Notes: a model not told the origin generated them from the letters alone. Shown: positions 30,810 to 41,957, numbered from the stretch's first letter. The stretch is DNA of 64,000 nt from Candidatus Heimdallarchaeum endolithica (GCA_021513715.1 CP084167.1:1120001-1184000), one strand, 5' to 3'. Numbers and translations are program-made.

Positions 30810-31283
30810 ATGATTTTTCTTGAGCGAAAACACTACTGTACAAATTGCAAGAAAGAGATTTTTCTATTCAAATTGACCACAAGAGAGAAGGATATTCTGG
30901 AAAAACATACATGCCCAACTTGTTCAAGTGAATTAATATCATATTGGTATGAATACCCTAGGTTGTATATTATTCCTATGATAGCTTCAGGCGCATTTTT
31001 TATGTTTGCTGTGATTTACTCCTTATTACGTTTTTATCAGGGTATTAAAGAGAGCGTTGATATATTTATTGCAATAAGTAACATTATCTTTGGTGGATTA
31101 GTAGAAATCTATGCTTCAACAAACAGAAAAAAGGTTTTCCCTCCTGAAAAAGAAGATAATTCTTTAGGAAAACTCTTGATTTTTAGGAAACAATTTGTTG
31201 ATGTTCTTTTCATCACTGTTGTCAGTTTTGCTATTGTCACTGCATTAAATAGTCTAATCTGGATACTCTGGACATATATTTAA
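30810..31283 (+). CDS. Zinc-ribbon membrane protein
   Basis: CTNC...CPTC followed by 3 TM. Confidence 0.7.
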   Translation: MIFLERKHYCTNCKKEIFLFKLTTREKDILEKHTCPTCSSELISYWYEYPRLYIIPMIASGAFFMFAVIYSLLRFYQGIKESVDIFIAISNIIFGGLVEIYASTNRKKVFPPEKEDNSLGKLLIFRKQFVDVLFITVVSFAIVTALNSLIWILWTYI

Positions 31284-31290
31284 TATTTTT

Positions 31291-32529
31291 TTACTCTAAG
31301 TATAAGTTTTTTTCTTTTTCAATACCTTTTGTTGCTAAATAGACTAAAATTAAAGTTAAAGATATAATTTCCACAATGTAAATTGCCACTTCAAATGTGA
31401 ATTTTTTAGAAACAACTAGTAGTACTAACCTATATGGCCAATAAAAAGGATTAATTATCAAAGCTGTTGAAAAAGCAAAGGGATTAACTATTATCAAGAA
31501 ATAGAAAAAGAAACTAAAGCCAATTGATATTAAGGGACTTAATCTTTCACTTGCTTCTCTTGTTAAATTACAATCTACTGCCATTGTCATTAAAGTAGAG
31601 AGAAATAGAGCGATGATTACACTCAATATTACTAATAATACATCCCAAAAACCTAACAATTTGAAATTTAAAGAAAAAATATTAAAAAAGTTTGTATCAG
31701 AGTTTCTATTAATAACTAATGTTGCAGCTCCTATTCCCAGAAAGTAAGAAAGTGTTGAGCCTACAGAAGCTACGACTCCTGTAATAACCTTAGAAATAAT
31801 TAAAGAACGGTGATTAATTGTATAAGCGAGCATAATTTCCATAGTACGCATTCTTTTTTCTCTTGCGAACCCTATTAGACTATTGGATGAAGAGTTTAGT
31901 GCAATAAGTAAAAAAATCATATATCCAAGAGGATAGGCAATAATTGAAGCTTTTACACTTAAACTTTGTTCTCCGGTTCCAGAAGTTGGAGAAACTTGAA
32001 CTGTTTGAATATCAGGGATAGTTCTATTTGCAATAGCAGAAGTCATAACCTTCTGACAAATGTTATAGATAATTGAGATTTGTGTTTGAGAACTAATTGT
32101 CTGTTGAGTATCAACAACATACAAACTTGGAGAGGAAGTAAAAGCCAAGGTGGAAAAATTAGAAGGAATGTACAGTCCTAGATCCTCTGTTTTTAAAATT
32201 GCAGAGTAATTGTCAACTAATATTACTGAAACATGTGAATCATTTGATGAATAATACTGACTTAATAAAAGAACAATTTGATTTCCTATATTCTGTTCCA
32301 TATAACCTTGATCTTCATTATATATCAAAAGATTTAATGTAGTAGAAGTTGAAAAAAGGGTTGGCAATATAAACATAAAAAACATTAATAGAAATGGTCC
32401 TCCAAATATGAAAAAAGCAATTTTTTTCCTGAACAATAATGATAAATCTTTTTTTAAAATAGCCTTAAATTGTTGGAGGTTTAAGCTTTTTTTATTCAAG
32501 GTTTTTTTTGATTTTTGCATTTTAATCAC
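31291..32529 (-). CDS. ABC-2 type transporter permease
   Basis: AREKRMRTMEIML motif, 6 TM, adjacent ATPase. Confidence 0.85.
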   Translation of the reverse strand: MIKMQKSKKTLNKKSLNLQQFKAILKKDLSLLFRKKIAFFIFGGPFLLMFFMFILPTLFSTSTTLNLLIYNEDQGYMEQNIGNQIVLLLSQYYSSNDSHVSVILVDNYSAILKTEDLGLYIPSNFSTLAFTSSPSLYVVDTQQTISSQTQISIIYNICQKVMTSAIANRTIPDIQTVQVSPTSGTGEQSLSVKASIIAYPLGYMIFLLIALNSSSNSLIGFAREKRMRTMEIMLAYTINHRSLIISKVITGVVASVGSTLSYFLGIGAATLVINRNSDTNFFNIFSLNFKLLGFWDVLLVILSVIIALFLSTLMTMAVDCNLTREASERLSPLISIGFSFFFYFLIIVNPFAFSTALIINPFYWPYRLVLLVVSKKFTFEVAIYIVEIISLTLILVYLATKGIEKEKNLYLE

Positions 32530-33271
32530 CGTTTATTGGAGCTCTGAAGGCTTGAATTATAGCTTCTTCAAAATTTTCTGTGCTTGAAGCGTACTTCTCT
32601 ATTAGTTTCTCTTTTTTATCTTGGAAAGTAAGAAATCCATTTTTCATTATTCCACAATATTCTGCTAGTTCCTCCAAATCTGAGATTATATGGGAAGATA
32701 ACAGTATTGTTTTCCCTTTTTTAGCGAGGTCAAGAATAATTTCTCGAACATATTTTCCTCTAGAGATGTCAAGTCCGCTTGTAGGCTCATCTAAAATAAG
32801 AAAATCCTTATTTAGAATAATAGTCATAATAAAAGAGATTGCTCTCTGCTCCCCTCCTGAAAGTTTAGAAAAAGGTTTCAAAAGAAGGTCTGCTGTAATA
32901 TCCAATCTTCTTAGGTAGTAATTTAACTCATTCTTAACATCATCAAAGTGAATATTATTTAATTCTAGAATAAATTTTATATTTTGCATAGGAGTTAGAT
33001 CATGGTAGGCAGCTGATATTTGAGGTAATAGAGCTATTTTTCCTCTTATCTCTTTAGGCTGAGCGACAACATTAATGTTGTTAATTTCAATTTCTCCATA
33101 GTCAGGTTTTAACAATCCTAAAAGTAAGCGAATGGTAGTTGTTTTTCCTGCACCATTAGGTCCAAGGAGAGCAAATATTGAACCTTTTGGCACAAGCAAA
33201 TTAACTTTGTTAACAGCTACTTTTTCTTTAAAGGATTTTGTCAAATTTAGAGTCTTTATCATATAAGTCAT
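32522..33271 (-). CDS. ABC transporter ATP-binding protein
   Basis: GPNGAGKTT, LSGGE, ILDEPTSGLD. Confidence 0.95.
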   Translation of the reverse strand: MTYMIKTLNLTKSFKEKVAVNKVNLLVPKGSIFALLGPNGAGKTTTIRLLLGLLKPDYGEIEINNINVVAQPKEIRGKIALLPQISAAYHDLTPMQNIKFILELNNIHFDDVKNELNYYLRRLDITADLLLKPFSKLSGGEQRAISFIMTIILNKDFLILDEPTSGLDISRGKYVREIILDLAKKGKTILLSSHIISDLEELAEYCGIMKNGFLTFQDKKEKLIEKYASSTENFEEAIIQAFRAPINGD

Positions 33272-33297
33272 TTAAACCACAAAAAAGAGAGGAAAAA

Positions 33298-35010
33298 TTA
33301 AGAAAATTGTCCAACTACTACATCAAAAATAAACCAAACAAAGGAACCCATAATAGAAAGGAATAGCAAAGCATAGAATCCAATAGTAACAAGCCTATAT
33401 TGCTTATCATCTTTTACATAAGGTACTACTATAACATATGAAATTGGGATAACTAGAACTAAGAATATAATTAGAAGAATTAGATAAAACGAGATGTTAG
33501 CTAAAAATTCTATACCAAAGTTTGGTACATAAAGATGAGCAACGAACATTCCAACTACTAAAGCAAGTTCCATTATTAGGATTGGTACAAGAGTCTGCAA
33601 AGGCAGTGCAGTATCTGATTTTTTCCTAGTTTCATCAAATCCTTTATTTAGGAAGTACAATAGTCTAATAGAAAGAGGGAAAGAAAGAATAACACTGATC
33701 CAAGAGAATGCTGTTACAATCATTCCATTAAAGCCAGAATAATCTCCTTTAGTAATAATAGGTCCTACTATCATAATTGCAACAATAAAAACTACACTAA
33801 CTAAAGAAAGAGACTGAAATAGTTGTGATGCAATTTCAGGTTTTCGAAGAGCAGGAGGTTCTTTTTCTGACTTTTTCTCAATATAGCCAATAACGTCTAT
33901 ATCATAGCGATGATATTTGATCATTGAATAGACATATGCTGTAACAAGTGAAACAATCATGAAAATTCCATCATGTGGAAAAAGATTCCAGGATATCATA
34001 AAGGATAGAGGAATAAAGGAAAGGATCAAACTCATCCAAATACTTTGAACTAGAATATAACTTGGTTTTTTGTCTAGTTTTTTCTCGAGTTTTGCTTCAT
34101 CTACTTCTTTCTGAAATAAAGATTTTATTGTATAGATTGTTGTCTCAATCTTGAATAAGAGTTTGTTAAATACGTTTTTATCTTCAATAAATTTAGACTT
34201 TCTTGAAAGCTCATAATCTTTTTCTTTTCTCAAAGCTAGTTTTTCTCTTTTTGTTTTCTTCGTTGTAATTAGAACAGCAATTGATATTAAAATAAAGGCT
34301 ATTGGATAAACTAATGAGTAAGTCAGTTGTAATCTATTAAAATCGAATCTAGGTTTTGATAATATAGTGAAAAATTCTATAAATATTTCCACTCCCCAAA
34401 CAGTTACAAGAGGAATAAAGGATAAAACAAGCAATCTTCCGCCTAAGAAAGGTACTTTTGCTGAATCTTTATGCATCCAGAATTTCCAGATAAGGATTAA
34501 TCCAACAAGAATAACAAATATGATTACTTCGTGTCCTATAATGAAAGCAACATTATTTCTATTATTTACAACAAAAACACTTAGAAGAATAGAAATCAAG
34601 GCTATTAAATAAATATAATCAATAACAAACTTCCTTCTAACCAACTGAACTTCATCTTTCGTATTCTTTTCGGGGTCATTGTAACCCACTATACTTAGTA
34701 GCTTATTATAATCGTTTTTAGCCGCATAAAGCAATGGAGCTATTTTCGATATAAAGTAAATAACCATCGAAGCTAACAAGATTCTAAAACCGAACCCTAG
34801 TGCTTGATACATGTACGTAACACTATCCTTCAATGGATCTGACAATAATAATACAGTAGGCAAAAGTAAAACTAAACAAAAAGTGTATAAAACTTTCAAC
34901 CAGCTTGCAATTTTATTTCCTGTATTGATACTAACTCCTAATGCTTCATATCTTAATCTTTGTTCAATTAATTCTTGTGGAACTTCATCTAGCGTACTCA
35001 TATTCAACAA
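33298..35010 (-). CDS. Polytopic membrane protein
   Basis: 570 aa, more than 10 hydrophobic segments. Confidence 0.75.
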   Translation of the reverse strand: MLNMSTLDEVPQELIEQRLRYEALGVSINTGNKIASWLKVLYTFCLVLLLPTVLLLSDPLKDSVTYMYQALGFGFRILLASMVIYFISKIAPLLYAAKNDYNKLLSIVGYNDPEKNTKDEVQLVRRKFVIDYIYLIALISILLSVFVVNNRNNVAFIIGHEVIIFVILVGLILIWKFWMHKDSAKVPFLGGRLLVLSFIPLVTVWGVEIFIEFFTILSKPRFDFNRLQLTYSLVYPIAFILISIAVLITTKKTKREKLALRKEKDYELSRKSKFIEDKNVFNKLLFKIETTIYTIKSLFQKEVDEAKLEKKLDKKPSYILVQSIWMSLILSFIPLSFMISWNLFPHDGIFMIVSLVTAYVYSMIKYHRYDIDVIGYIEKKSEKEPPALRKPEIASQLFQSLSLVSVVFIVAIMIVGPIITKGDYSGFNGMIVTAFSWISVILSFPLSIRLLYFLNKGFDETRKKSDTALPLQTLVPILIMELALVVGMFVAHLYVPNFGIEFLANISFYLILLIIFLVLVIPISYVIVVPYVKDDKQYRLVTIGFYALLFLSIMGSFVWFIFDVVVGQFS

Positions 35011-35171
35011 GACTAAAATCTATGAAGTATTTAAGAATTTTTTCGTTTGAATTGTAGTTGAAGTTTTTGAAAAAAGGTTAAATTTAAACTAAATAAACTA
35101 TTCAAAAGAATCAGAACAAAATTTGATATAATTGTTACAAAACAGCCTCTAATAATTTTAATAAAAAAAAA

Positions 35172-36458
35172 TTAATCTATAATATTTTGTCCTTCTTTTG
35201 TTGGAAGGAAGAATAATATTATAGAACTTAGAATAACAAAAAATCCACCAACCATTAATCCAGCGCCCATGTTATTAAATACATCACCTACCCAAATGAC
35301 CAATGGTGGAGCAACTAATGAAAAACCTCTAGCTCCATTATAGGAGATTGATGAAGCTGTACTTCGCACCTCTGTTGGATAAATCTCGCTGAATACTGCA
35401 CCAAAACTTGCAAAATAACCACAACCAAATGTAAATAAGGCCAAACCAAGATATTTTGCCCATGTTTCAGTTACCCAGAGATACATTATGATTCCAGAAG
35501 ATACGACCAAAGAAGTATAACCTATGAAAGTTGGCCTTCTTCCTATTTTATTTGAAATAAATCCAAAAAGTACATGCCCAATGTAACCTGAGGTTCCCCA
35601 GAATAACCCAATCATTAGAGCAGAATCTTTTAGCTTTAAACCATTTCTTTGGAAATATTCAGGTAACCACGAATTTATAGAATAGAAGGTCATCATTCCT
35701 GTAATTCCAAATAATAAACCTAAAGCAAATGTTTTGAATAGTTTTTTAGAGAAAAGTTCCTTAAAAACTCTTAATTCCAACTTATCTCCTCTCAGCTCTT
35801 TTGATTCTAAAGATTGTTTTTTCTTCCAAGCTTTTGATTCTGGTACAAAGAGGTAGATAAATAAGGCACTAAAAAGAGCTAGTCCCCCGAAAAGAAAAGC
35901 CATTCTCCAACCATGTAGTATTTTTGTTCCTATAACAACATGTGCTGCATCAAAAATTGGTACTATGAAAGAAACAATTAAAGCAGCGATAAGTTCTCCT
36001 AATGGCCAACCCGCTTGTGTTATTGCTATTCCTACATTTCTTTTTTCTTTTGGCCAAATCTCAGAGATAAGACTTGAACCTAGAGCCCAGACCCCTCCAA
36101 CACCAAATCCAGTTAGAATCCTAACAACAAACAAAGCTTCAATAGTCCACACAAAAGCTGTTGCTGCTGTACAAATACTATATATACTTATAACAAAAAT
36201 CAAAGTTTTTTTTCTTCCCAAAATATCTCCTAAATAACCAAAAAATATTCCACCTAGACCTGTACCCAAAAGCTGTAAACCTAACAACCAGCTCTTTGTA
36301 TGGGAATCTATAGCAAATTCTTCTCCAATTTGTATAATTAAGAAAGTCAAAAGCAAAAAGTCTGCTGCATCAAACATCCAAGCCATAACAACTCCAATTA
36401 GAGTAAGATATTGTTCCTTAGGAGTATAAGTTAAAGAAAGATCCAACTGTTCAGTCAT
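35172..36458 (-). CDS. MFS transporter
   Basis: GYLGDILGRKK, ISNKIGRR, SEIYPTEVRS. Confidence 0.93.
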   Translation of the reverse strand: MTEQLDLSLTYTPKEQYLTLIGVVMAWMFDAADFLLLTFLIIQIGEEFAIDSHTKSWLLGLQLLGTGLGGIFFGYLGDILGRKKTLIFVISIYSICTAATAFVWTIEALFVVRILTGFGVGGVWALGSSLISEIWPKEKRNVGIAITQAGWPLGELIAALIVSFIVPIFDAAHVVIGTKILHGWRMAFLFGGLALFSALFIYLFVPESKAWKKKQSLESKELRGDKLELRVFKELFSKKLFKTFALGLLFGITGMMTFYSINSWLPEYFQRNGLKLKDSALMIGLFWGTSGYIGHVLFGFISNKIGRRPTFIGYTSLVVSSGIIMYLWVTETWAKYLGLALFTFGCGYFASFGAVFSEIYPTEVRSTASSISYNGARGFSLVAPPLVIWVGDVFNNMGAGLMVGGFFVILSSIILFFLPTKEGQNIID

Positions 36459-36536
36459 TTAAACACCTTAAGTTATACAAGCAAAAAAAAGGGTGTTTTA
36501 AGTTTTATCCTATTTACCTCTTAAGAAAAAATAAAA

Positions 36537-37274
36537 CTAGCCTTTATAATTACTTAAAAGTTTTATATGCTCATCAAGTTTATCTATACAAGCTTCTAAA
36601 ATTTTTAAACCATTTTCACGTGATATTTCATTTAGTGCTCCTGCAATACCACTTTTTGTAAATTGGTCTGTACGAGAAGAGAGAAATAGATCACCGATAT
36701 ATCTTCCCCACATAGGAGAAGAAGTTAGCTTCTCAAATTTCTCCTCTTTTACATATTCCTCATAAATTGCCCATATTACAGACGTCTCCACCTCATCAGC
36801 GTGAATAACCTGTGAATGCCCTATTACTTTTTTTAGTATTTGTTCATCTTTCCACCACTCAAACAATAGAGCAATGAAATCAAATCTATCATTGAAATCA
36901 CCAATAACCTCCATTATTGAAGAAGTATTTCCTCCGTGACCGTTTACAACAATAATTTTTCTGAATCCATGGTGTTTCAGAGACAAGAATATTTCTCGTA
37001 CTATTGATCTAAAAACATCTGGACTAAACCACAAAGTTCCAGGAAAATTACGATGATGTGATGAAACCCCTATTGGTATTGGTGGTAAACTGTAAGCTTT
37101 AGGATTCTTTTCAGAGGCTTTCTCTGCAATATATGTGGAAATAAGATAATCTGTACCTATTGGATTTTGAGGACCATGTTGCTCAATACTTCCAAGAGGT
37201 ATAAGAATAACTGCTTTATCTTTATCTAGACTTTTAACATCTTCCCATGTTAAAAATTGGTAATTATGATTCAT
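36537..37274 (-). CDS. Creatininase family protein
   Basis: GSIEQHGP..P.GTD, NGHGGN, HADEVETS. Confidence 0.93.
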   Translation of the reverse strand: MNHNYQFLTWEDVKSLDKDKAVILIPLGSIEQHGPQNPIGTDYLISTYIAEKASEKNPKAYSLPPIPIGVSSHHRNFPGTLWFSPDVFRSIVREIFLSLKHHGFRKIIVVNGHGGNTSSIMEVIGDFNDRFDFIALLFEWWKDEQILKKVIGHSQVIHADEVETSVIWAIYEEYVKEEKFEKLTSSPMWGRYIGDLFLSSRTDQFTKSGIAGALNEISRENGLKILEACIDKLDEHIKLLSNYKG

Positions 37275-37686
37275 ATCTCAAAATAGTTAAATCCTTTTAA
37301 ATATTTTATCTGTTCATTTTTTTTATGTTTTATATTTTTTTATTATTATATTCATTTTACTTTTTTTTATAAATAGGCAAAAAAATATTTCACACAATAT
37401 TCTTATAATTTACTTTCGTTTCTTTTCAATTCTTTTTTGCATTACTTCCCACAAATAGCATATTCTTTATTTAGATTTGTACATATTTTTTTTTCTTTGC
37501 CTTTTTTCTTCTTTTTTTTCGTCTTTTTGCCTTACTTAACTATTTTCTATTGTTTTTGCAAAATATTGGGGAGAGAGAACATAAATGAAAAAATCGGAAT
37601 TTTTAGTTATTTTTTTCTGAATATTTTCATAATCTTTATTAACTAAAAAAATTGAATTTAGTTGGGTTTAACCCAAGTGATAACAA

Positions 37687-38487
37687 ATGAAAAGAAAAAC
37701 AATCCTTGTGGGTTTTATTGGTTTGTTAGTATTGTTCACATCAATAACGGCAGCTAAAGCTTTAGACGATCCTGTCGACAAATACGCTCTTATTATAGGA
37801 ATAAGTGACTATGATGCAATTAGTGACTTATCATACTGTGATGAAGATGCTACAGACTGGTATAATTACTTAAACGGAATAGGTTACCAAATAGTATTAT
37901 TAGGCGATAGCCATCCAGAGAATTATCCTCAATATGATGGATTAGCTACAGAATACAACGTTAAGACTGCTTGGGCAAACATTCTTGCACAAGCTGATGA
38001 AAATGATATCGTAGCATTCATAAGTTCAGGTCATGGAACAGAGGTCAACATTGGTGGAAGAGGCAGATGGTCTCGTATCTATGTTCAAGCATTATGCATG
38101 TGGGACACTAGTGCTGGTCAAAATGGAGAAGATGGTCTAATTTATGACTCTGAACTTAAAGATATGATGGCACCCTCTGTAAGTAATACATTCATTTTCC
38201 TTGATCACTGTTTCAGTGGTGGAATGTCTGAAGTTATGGAAAACGCTAATGCTGCTAAGGTTTATATGACTACAACATGCACTGATGATGGTTATGGATA
38301 TGATGACTCCACACACCAAAATGGAGCTTGGACTTATTATTTCTTAGAATACACGCTAATTGGTGTATACGGTGGTTCTGCATCAATGGAACAAACTTTC
38401 GATACTGCGCTCTCTGTTTATCCTTATGATGGTGGAGACACACCACAAGAATTTGATGGCAATACTGGCCTTTTCTTCTATCTCTAA
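37687..38487 (+). CDS. Secreted caspase-like (peptidase C14/C13 clan CD) protein
   Basis: Signal peptide, KYALIIGISDY, SSGHG and LDHCFSGG His-Cys dyad. Confidence 0.85.
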   Translation: MKRKTILVGFIGLLVLFTSITAAKALDDPVDKYALIIGISDYDAISDLSYCDEDATDWYNYLNGIGYQIVLLGDSHPENYPQYDGLATEYNVKTAWANILAQADENDIVAFISSGHGTEVNIGGRGRWSRIYVQALCMWDTSAGQNGEDGLIYDSELKDMMAPSVSNTFIFLDHCFSGGMSEVMENANAAKVYMTTTCTDDGYGYDDSTHQNGAWTYYFLEYTLIGVYGGSASMEQTFDTALSVYPYDGGDTPQEFDGNTGLFFYL

Positions 38488-38571
38488 TGAGATAGAATTT
38501 TCTTTTTTTCTTATTTAACAATAGTTAAATTTTTCGGAAAAATTTTTATAATAAGAGACTTTCTTTTTCAT

Positions 38572-39030
38572 ATGAATGGTAAATATAAATTACTCTCTTA
38601 TTTGCTTTTGATATCCTGTTTATCAGTTATTTTTCACGTATCAGTAGTAGATGCAGCATCAGTGAGAACACTTTCTGTAGATATTCATGAAATTATAATT
38701 GATGATGCTTATTATATTGACACTGACATTTATACTTACTTAACAGTTAACGTAGACACTGGTTCAACTACAGAAAAATACTATTTAGTGGTAACACTAA
38801 CTAACCCACTGAATGAAGAAAGTACTGTTATGTATCATGTTTTTACTTCCTTAAAGTCACTAAAGTTCGAAGTTATCTTTTATAATCATGCCACTGTTTC
38901 TGGAGATTATATAGTCGAAGCATCTATAATTGCCAATAATAATGGTTGGTTATCAGTCACAGATGTAATGATTTTTGATCCTCCAGGAGGAAGTGAAGGA
39001 GATCCGTATGTTGGAATAAAAGTTATTTAG
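38572..39030 (+). CDS. Secreted beta-rich protein (paralog of 21344..21829)
   Basis: Signal peptide; FYNHA..GDY and IFDPPG. Confidence 0.75.
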   Translation: MNGKYKLLSYLLLISCLSVIFHVSVVDAASVRTLSVDIHEIIIDDAYYIDTDIYTYLTVNVDTGSTTEKYYLVVTLTNPLNEESTVMYHVFTSLKSLKFEVIFYNHATVSGDYIVEASIIANNNGWLSVTDVMIFDPPGGSEGDPYVGIKVI

Positions 39031-39080
39031 AAAATTATTTTTTTCTAAACTACCATTAGCCCTTTCAGGAGACAAAATAT

Positions 39081-40226
39081 ATGATTCCGTATTTCAAAGA
39101 ATTTCAATATTTACAGAAAAATCCATTAGCTAGTTTCACTGAAATAGCTAGTGCGCTTGGAATTACAGATAAAACAGCTAAAGCACACTACAATATTTTA
39201 GTCTCTGAGGGATACATTGGTAAAAAAGTTGGAAATAGAGTGGGCTTAGAAAGTGTTCAAGCTAGAATCTGTGTTGATTCAATAGGACTCAAAACCTACA
39301 GTATTTTTGTAGAATCTAATAAACTATCCAACATAGAGTTTCTAGAAAAATTAGCTGATTTTCATAATTTCACAAGTTACAGAAACAGAGTTATTGGTAG
39401 CCGTCAAGGACTTTTCTTACAATTTAACATTCCACAATCTGCATACAGATACTTGGAAGATCTTTTAACAGAATTAAATAATCTAAATATAATTGATAAT
39501 TTTGTTATTCTTCCTTCACTAGATTACCATCACAGTAATTTTCCTGATTTCACTTTCTATGATAATAATAAAGGAGAATGGGTCTGGCAAATTGAAAATG
39601 GGCAAATAAACTTGGGTTCATGGTTTAAACACTTTTTAACTATGTCTTTTGAAAATAACTACAATCCTCATAAATGTAAGAATGTGATGGATAAACTAAC
39701 TGAAATTGATCTTCAACTTTTGCGCCAATTAACAAAAGATGCGAGAGAATTTTCAAAAATCGAATTAGCAAAAAAATATTCTGTTTCACCTGCTACTATT
39801 ACCAGAAGAATGAAGTTTCTCAATGATAATGTGATTAAAGAATATAGATTAGGGTATAGAAGGTCCAAAGTACAATTTGTAGATCTAATAATGTTTAGAG
39901 CTTATTGTTCAGAAGAAGTAAAGTTTAAACTCTATAAATTGCTTCGTGACTCACCTGTTCCTTTTGATTCAGGGTTTGTTCTTTTAGGAGACGGGTTTTT
40001 ATGGAGACTCAATTTACCTCCAGTATATACTTCTGCCTTTAGTAATCTACTGTGGGGAGTATGTGACAAACTTGAGTACTACCATCTTGATCATATTCAC
40101 AGTATGCTTTATTGGTTTTATCACAAGAACTTTGATATTGATACAAAATCATGGAAAGCTGGTAAAGAAGAAGTTTTTGATTTACCCATTGAATGGATAG
40201 AAAAAAACATTACGCAAATTCTTTAA
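39081..40226 (+). CDS. Tandem wHTH Lrp/AsnC-like transcriptional regulator
   Basis: NPLASFTEIASALG and IDLQLLRQLTKDARE...ELAKKY.VSPATI. Confidence 0.8.
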   Translation: MIPYFKEFQYLQKNPLASFTEIASALGITDKTAKAHYNILVSEGYIGKKVGNRVGLESVQARICVDSIGLKTYSIFVESNKLSNIEFLEKLADFHNFTSYRNRVIGSRQGLFLQFNIPQSAYRYLEDLLTELNNLNIIDNFVILPSLDYHHSNFPDFTFYDNNKGEWVWQIENGQINLGSWFKHFLTMSFENNYNPHKCKNVMDKLTEIDLQLLRQLTKDAREFSKIELAKKYSVSPATITRRMKFLNDNVIKEYRLGYRRSKVQFVDLIMFRAYCSEEVKFKLYKLLRDSPVPFDSGFVLLGDGFLWRLNLPPVYTSAFSNLLWGVCDKLEYYHLDHIHSMLYWFYHKNFDIDTKSWKAGKEEVFDLPIEWIEKNITQIL

Positions 40227-40249
40227 ATTTCAATTTACTCTTGATTTTT

Positions 40250-40550
40250 TTATTCATTTTTCTTACAACCACATATAGGACAATAATGTTCGAAACCTTG
40301 ATAGTGATACCCACAATTTTCACAATATTGCTCATTTAGTTTTTCTTCACTAAGTTCCCAATTCTTTTTTCCTAATAATAACGGTGGAAAAATCATTAAA
40401 AACAAGAATGGAAAGCCGAAATTTAATGTTAAAATTAATGAAATTACAGTAACTAGTAATGAAAGAGCTATCCATCTCCATTCTATATTTTCAGCTTCAT
40501 ATTCGTTTCTTTTTTTTGATTTAACCCTTTTTAATATTACTTTTTTTCAT
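40250..40550 (-). pseudogene. Small TM plus zinc-ribbon protein with homopolymer frameshift
   Basis: Hand translation ...WRWIALSLLV...FPPLLLG...YCENCG...YCPICG*; ATG 40550 is off-frame by one A in an A7 run. Confidence 0.6.
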
Positions 40551-40625
40551 TGTTGTTTTACTCATAGACAGATTTTTCCTGAGAGCAAGATTGGCGTACA
40601 AAAATTTTGTATATAATTAAGTTGA

Positions 40626-41957
40626 TCATTTTATTTTTTGACACTCAAAGATTATAAAAGTCGGAGCTCTATCATAATCAAAAGCCAAAAGTTTTGGATG
40701 TTTTTTTATTTTTTCCATTTCTGGTCTAGGTTCAACTATTTCAGTTATCACAAAACCTGCACTTTTTAGAGCTTTAGAATACTCTGTTAGAGTTCTTTCG
40801 AATTGCCAAATAGGATTTATTTTTCCCCACGAAATAAGTTTTGCTCGTGAATCAAAGTAGCGATCAAAAATAATAATATTGTCTTCATTTCTAGGATTAT
40901 CAAAAGGTAGCCGCATATTAAACTGATTTATTCTTCCAAAACAAGGATGAAGATTTGACCAGATAAACCTTCCATTTTGTTTTAATACTCTGCTGATCTC
41001 TATAAAAGATTGCTTATAATTTTTAACATCAATAAACACAATATTTGAAACAACTAGGTCAAAACTCTCATTTTCAAAAATAGTTAAATCATCTAACGAA
41101 GCAGTAAAAAATTTACAGCCTAGTTGCTCTTTTTCTTCTCTTCTTTTACAATAATCAATAAAAGTTTTCGAAAAATCTACTCCTGTAACTTTGGCTCCTA
41201 GTCTTGCAAGTTTTCTAGCTAAATACCCATTTCCACAACCTGCATCTAAGATTGAAAGATTCTTTACTTTTCCAATAAGTTTCATTAAAACAGGGTCAAT
41301 AACTAGCTGTCTATTTATATCCCCTTCATCTTCTGACATCGCTGTATATGCCGATATCCAAATTTCAGCATTTTGGTCCCATTTTTTCTTTGTATCGCTT
41401 ACATTAATTTCAATTCCTTCTTTTTCAGAATAAATAGAAAGAGAACCAATGTGCATCTCTTTTTTTAATTTCTCAAAGGATTGATTCTTACTAAATACAT
41501 CTTCTGTACTTATTTTTTTGCCTTCTCTTACTTTCTCTGGTTTCCAGTGCTGTAGCAGTTTTATATCTCCGGTTATTGTTTCTAAAGCTTCTTTTTTATT
41601 TATTTCAAATGGGTGTGTACCTCTATATTCTTCATAATACAAATCGAAATGGTCTTCTCCACAAATTTGACATTTAAATTTAAATGCATAAGTTCTATCA
41701 AAAAACTTTACAGGATATAAACTTGGAGGGTTGCAAGAACCACAAAAAAGTTTTTCCTCTTCAGGACAAAAATACATCCAATTAAAGTGGTGATATTCTC
41801 CACATTTGGAACACTTGTATTGAGAATGCAAGGAACATCGAAAAACATAGTTGTCTAAAGTAAATACACCTTTACGAATAGGATAATCTTTTTCATATTT
41901 TTTTATATTTTTACAATAATAACAAGATTGCTCTATTTTTGCATCATAGAAGTGCAT
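40626..41957 (-). CDS. Class I SAM methyltransferase with Cys/His-rich N-terminal domain
   Basis: ILDAGCGNG, GVDFS, FDLVVS; N-terminal CxxC pairs. Confidence 0.88.
   Translation of the reverse strand: MHFYDAKIEQSCYYCKNIKKYEKDYPIRKGVFTLDNYVFRCSLHSQYKCSKCGEYHHFNWMYFCPEEEKLFCGSCNPPSLYPVKFFDRTYAFKFKCQICGEDHFDLYYEEYRGTHPFEINKKEALETITGDIKLLQHWKPEKVREGKKISTEDVFSKNQSFEKLKKEMHIGSLSIYSEKEGIEINVSDTKKKWDQNAEIWISAYTAMSEDEGDINRQLVIDPVLMKLIGKVKNLSILDAGCGNGYLARKLARLGAKVTGVDFSKTFIDYCKRREEKEQLGCKFFTASLDDLTIFENESFDLVVSNIVFIDVKNYKQSFIEISRVLKQNGRFIWSNLHPCFGRINQFNMRLPFDNPRNEDNIIIFDRYFDSRAKLISWGKINPIWQFERTLTEYSKALKSAGFVITEIVEPRPEMEKIKKHPKLLAFDYDRAPTFIIFECQKIK

Noticed and set aside
37437-37646. Phe-rich 69-aa ORF
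   Set aside because: Product of a T-rich intergenic tract with a TTG start; no motif
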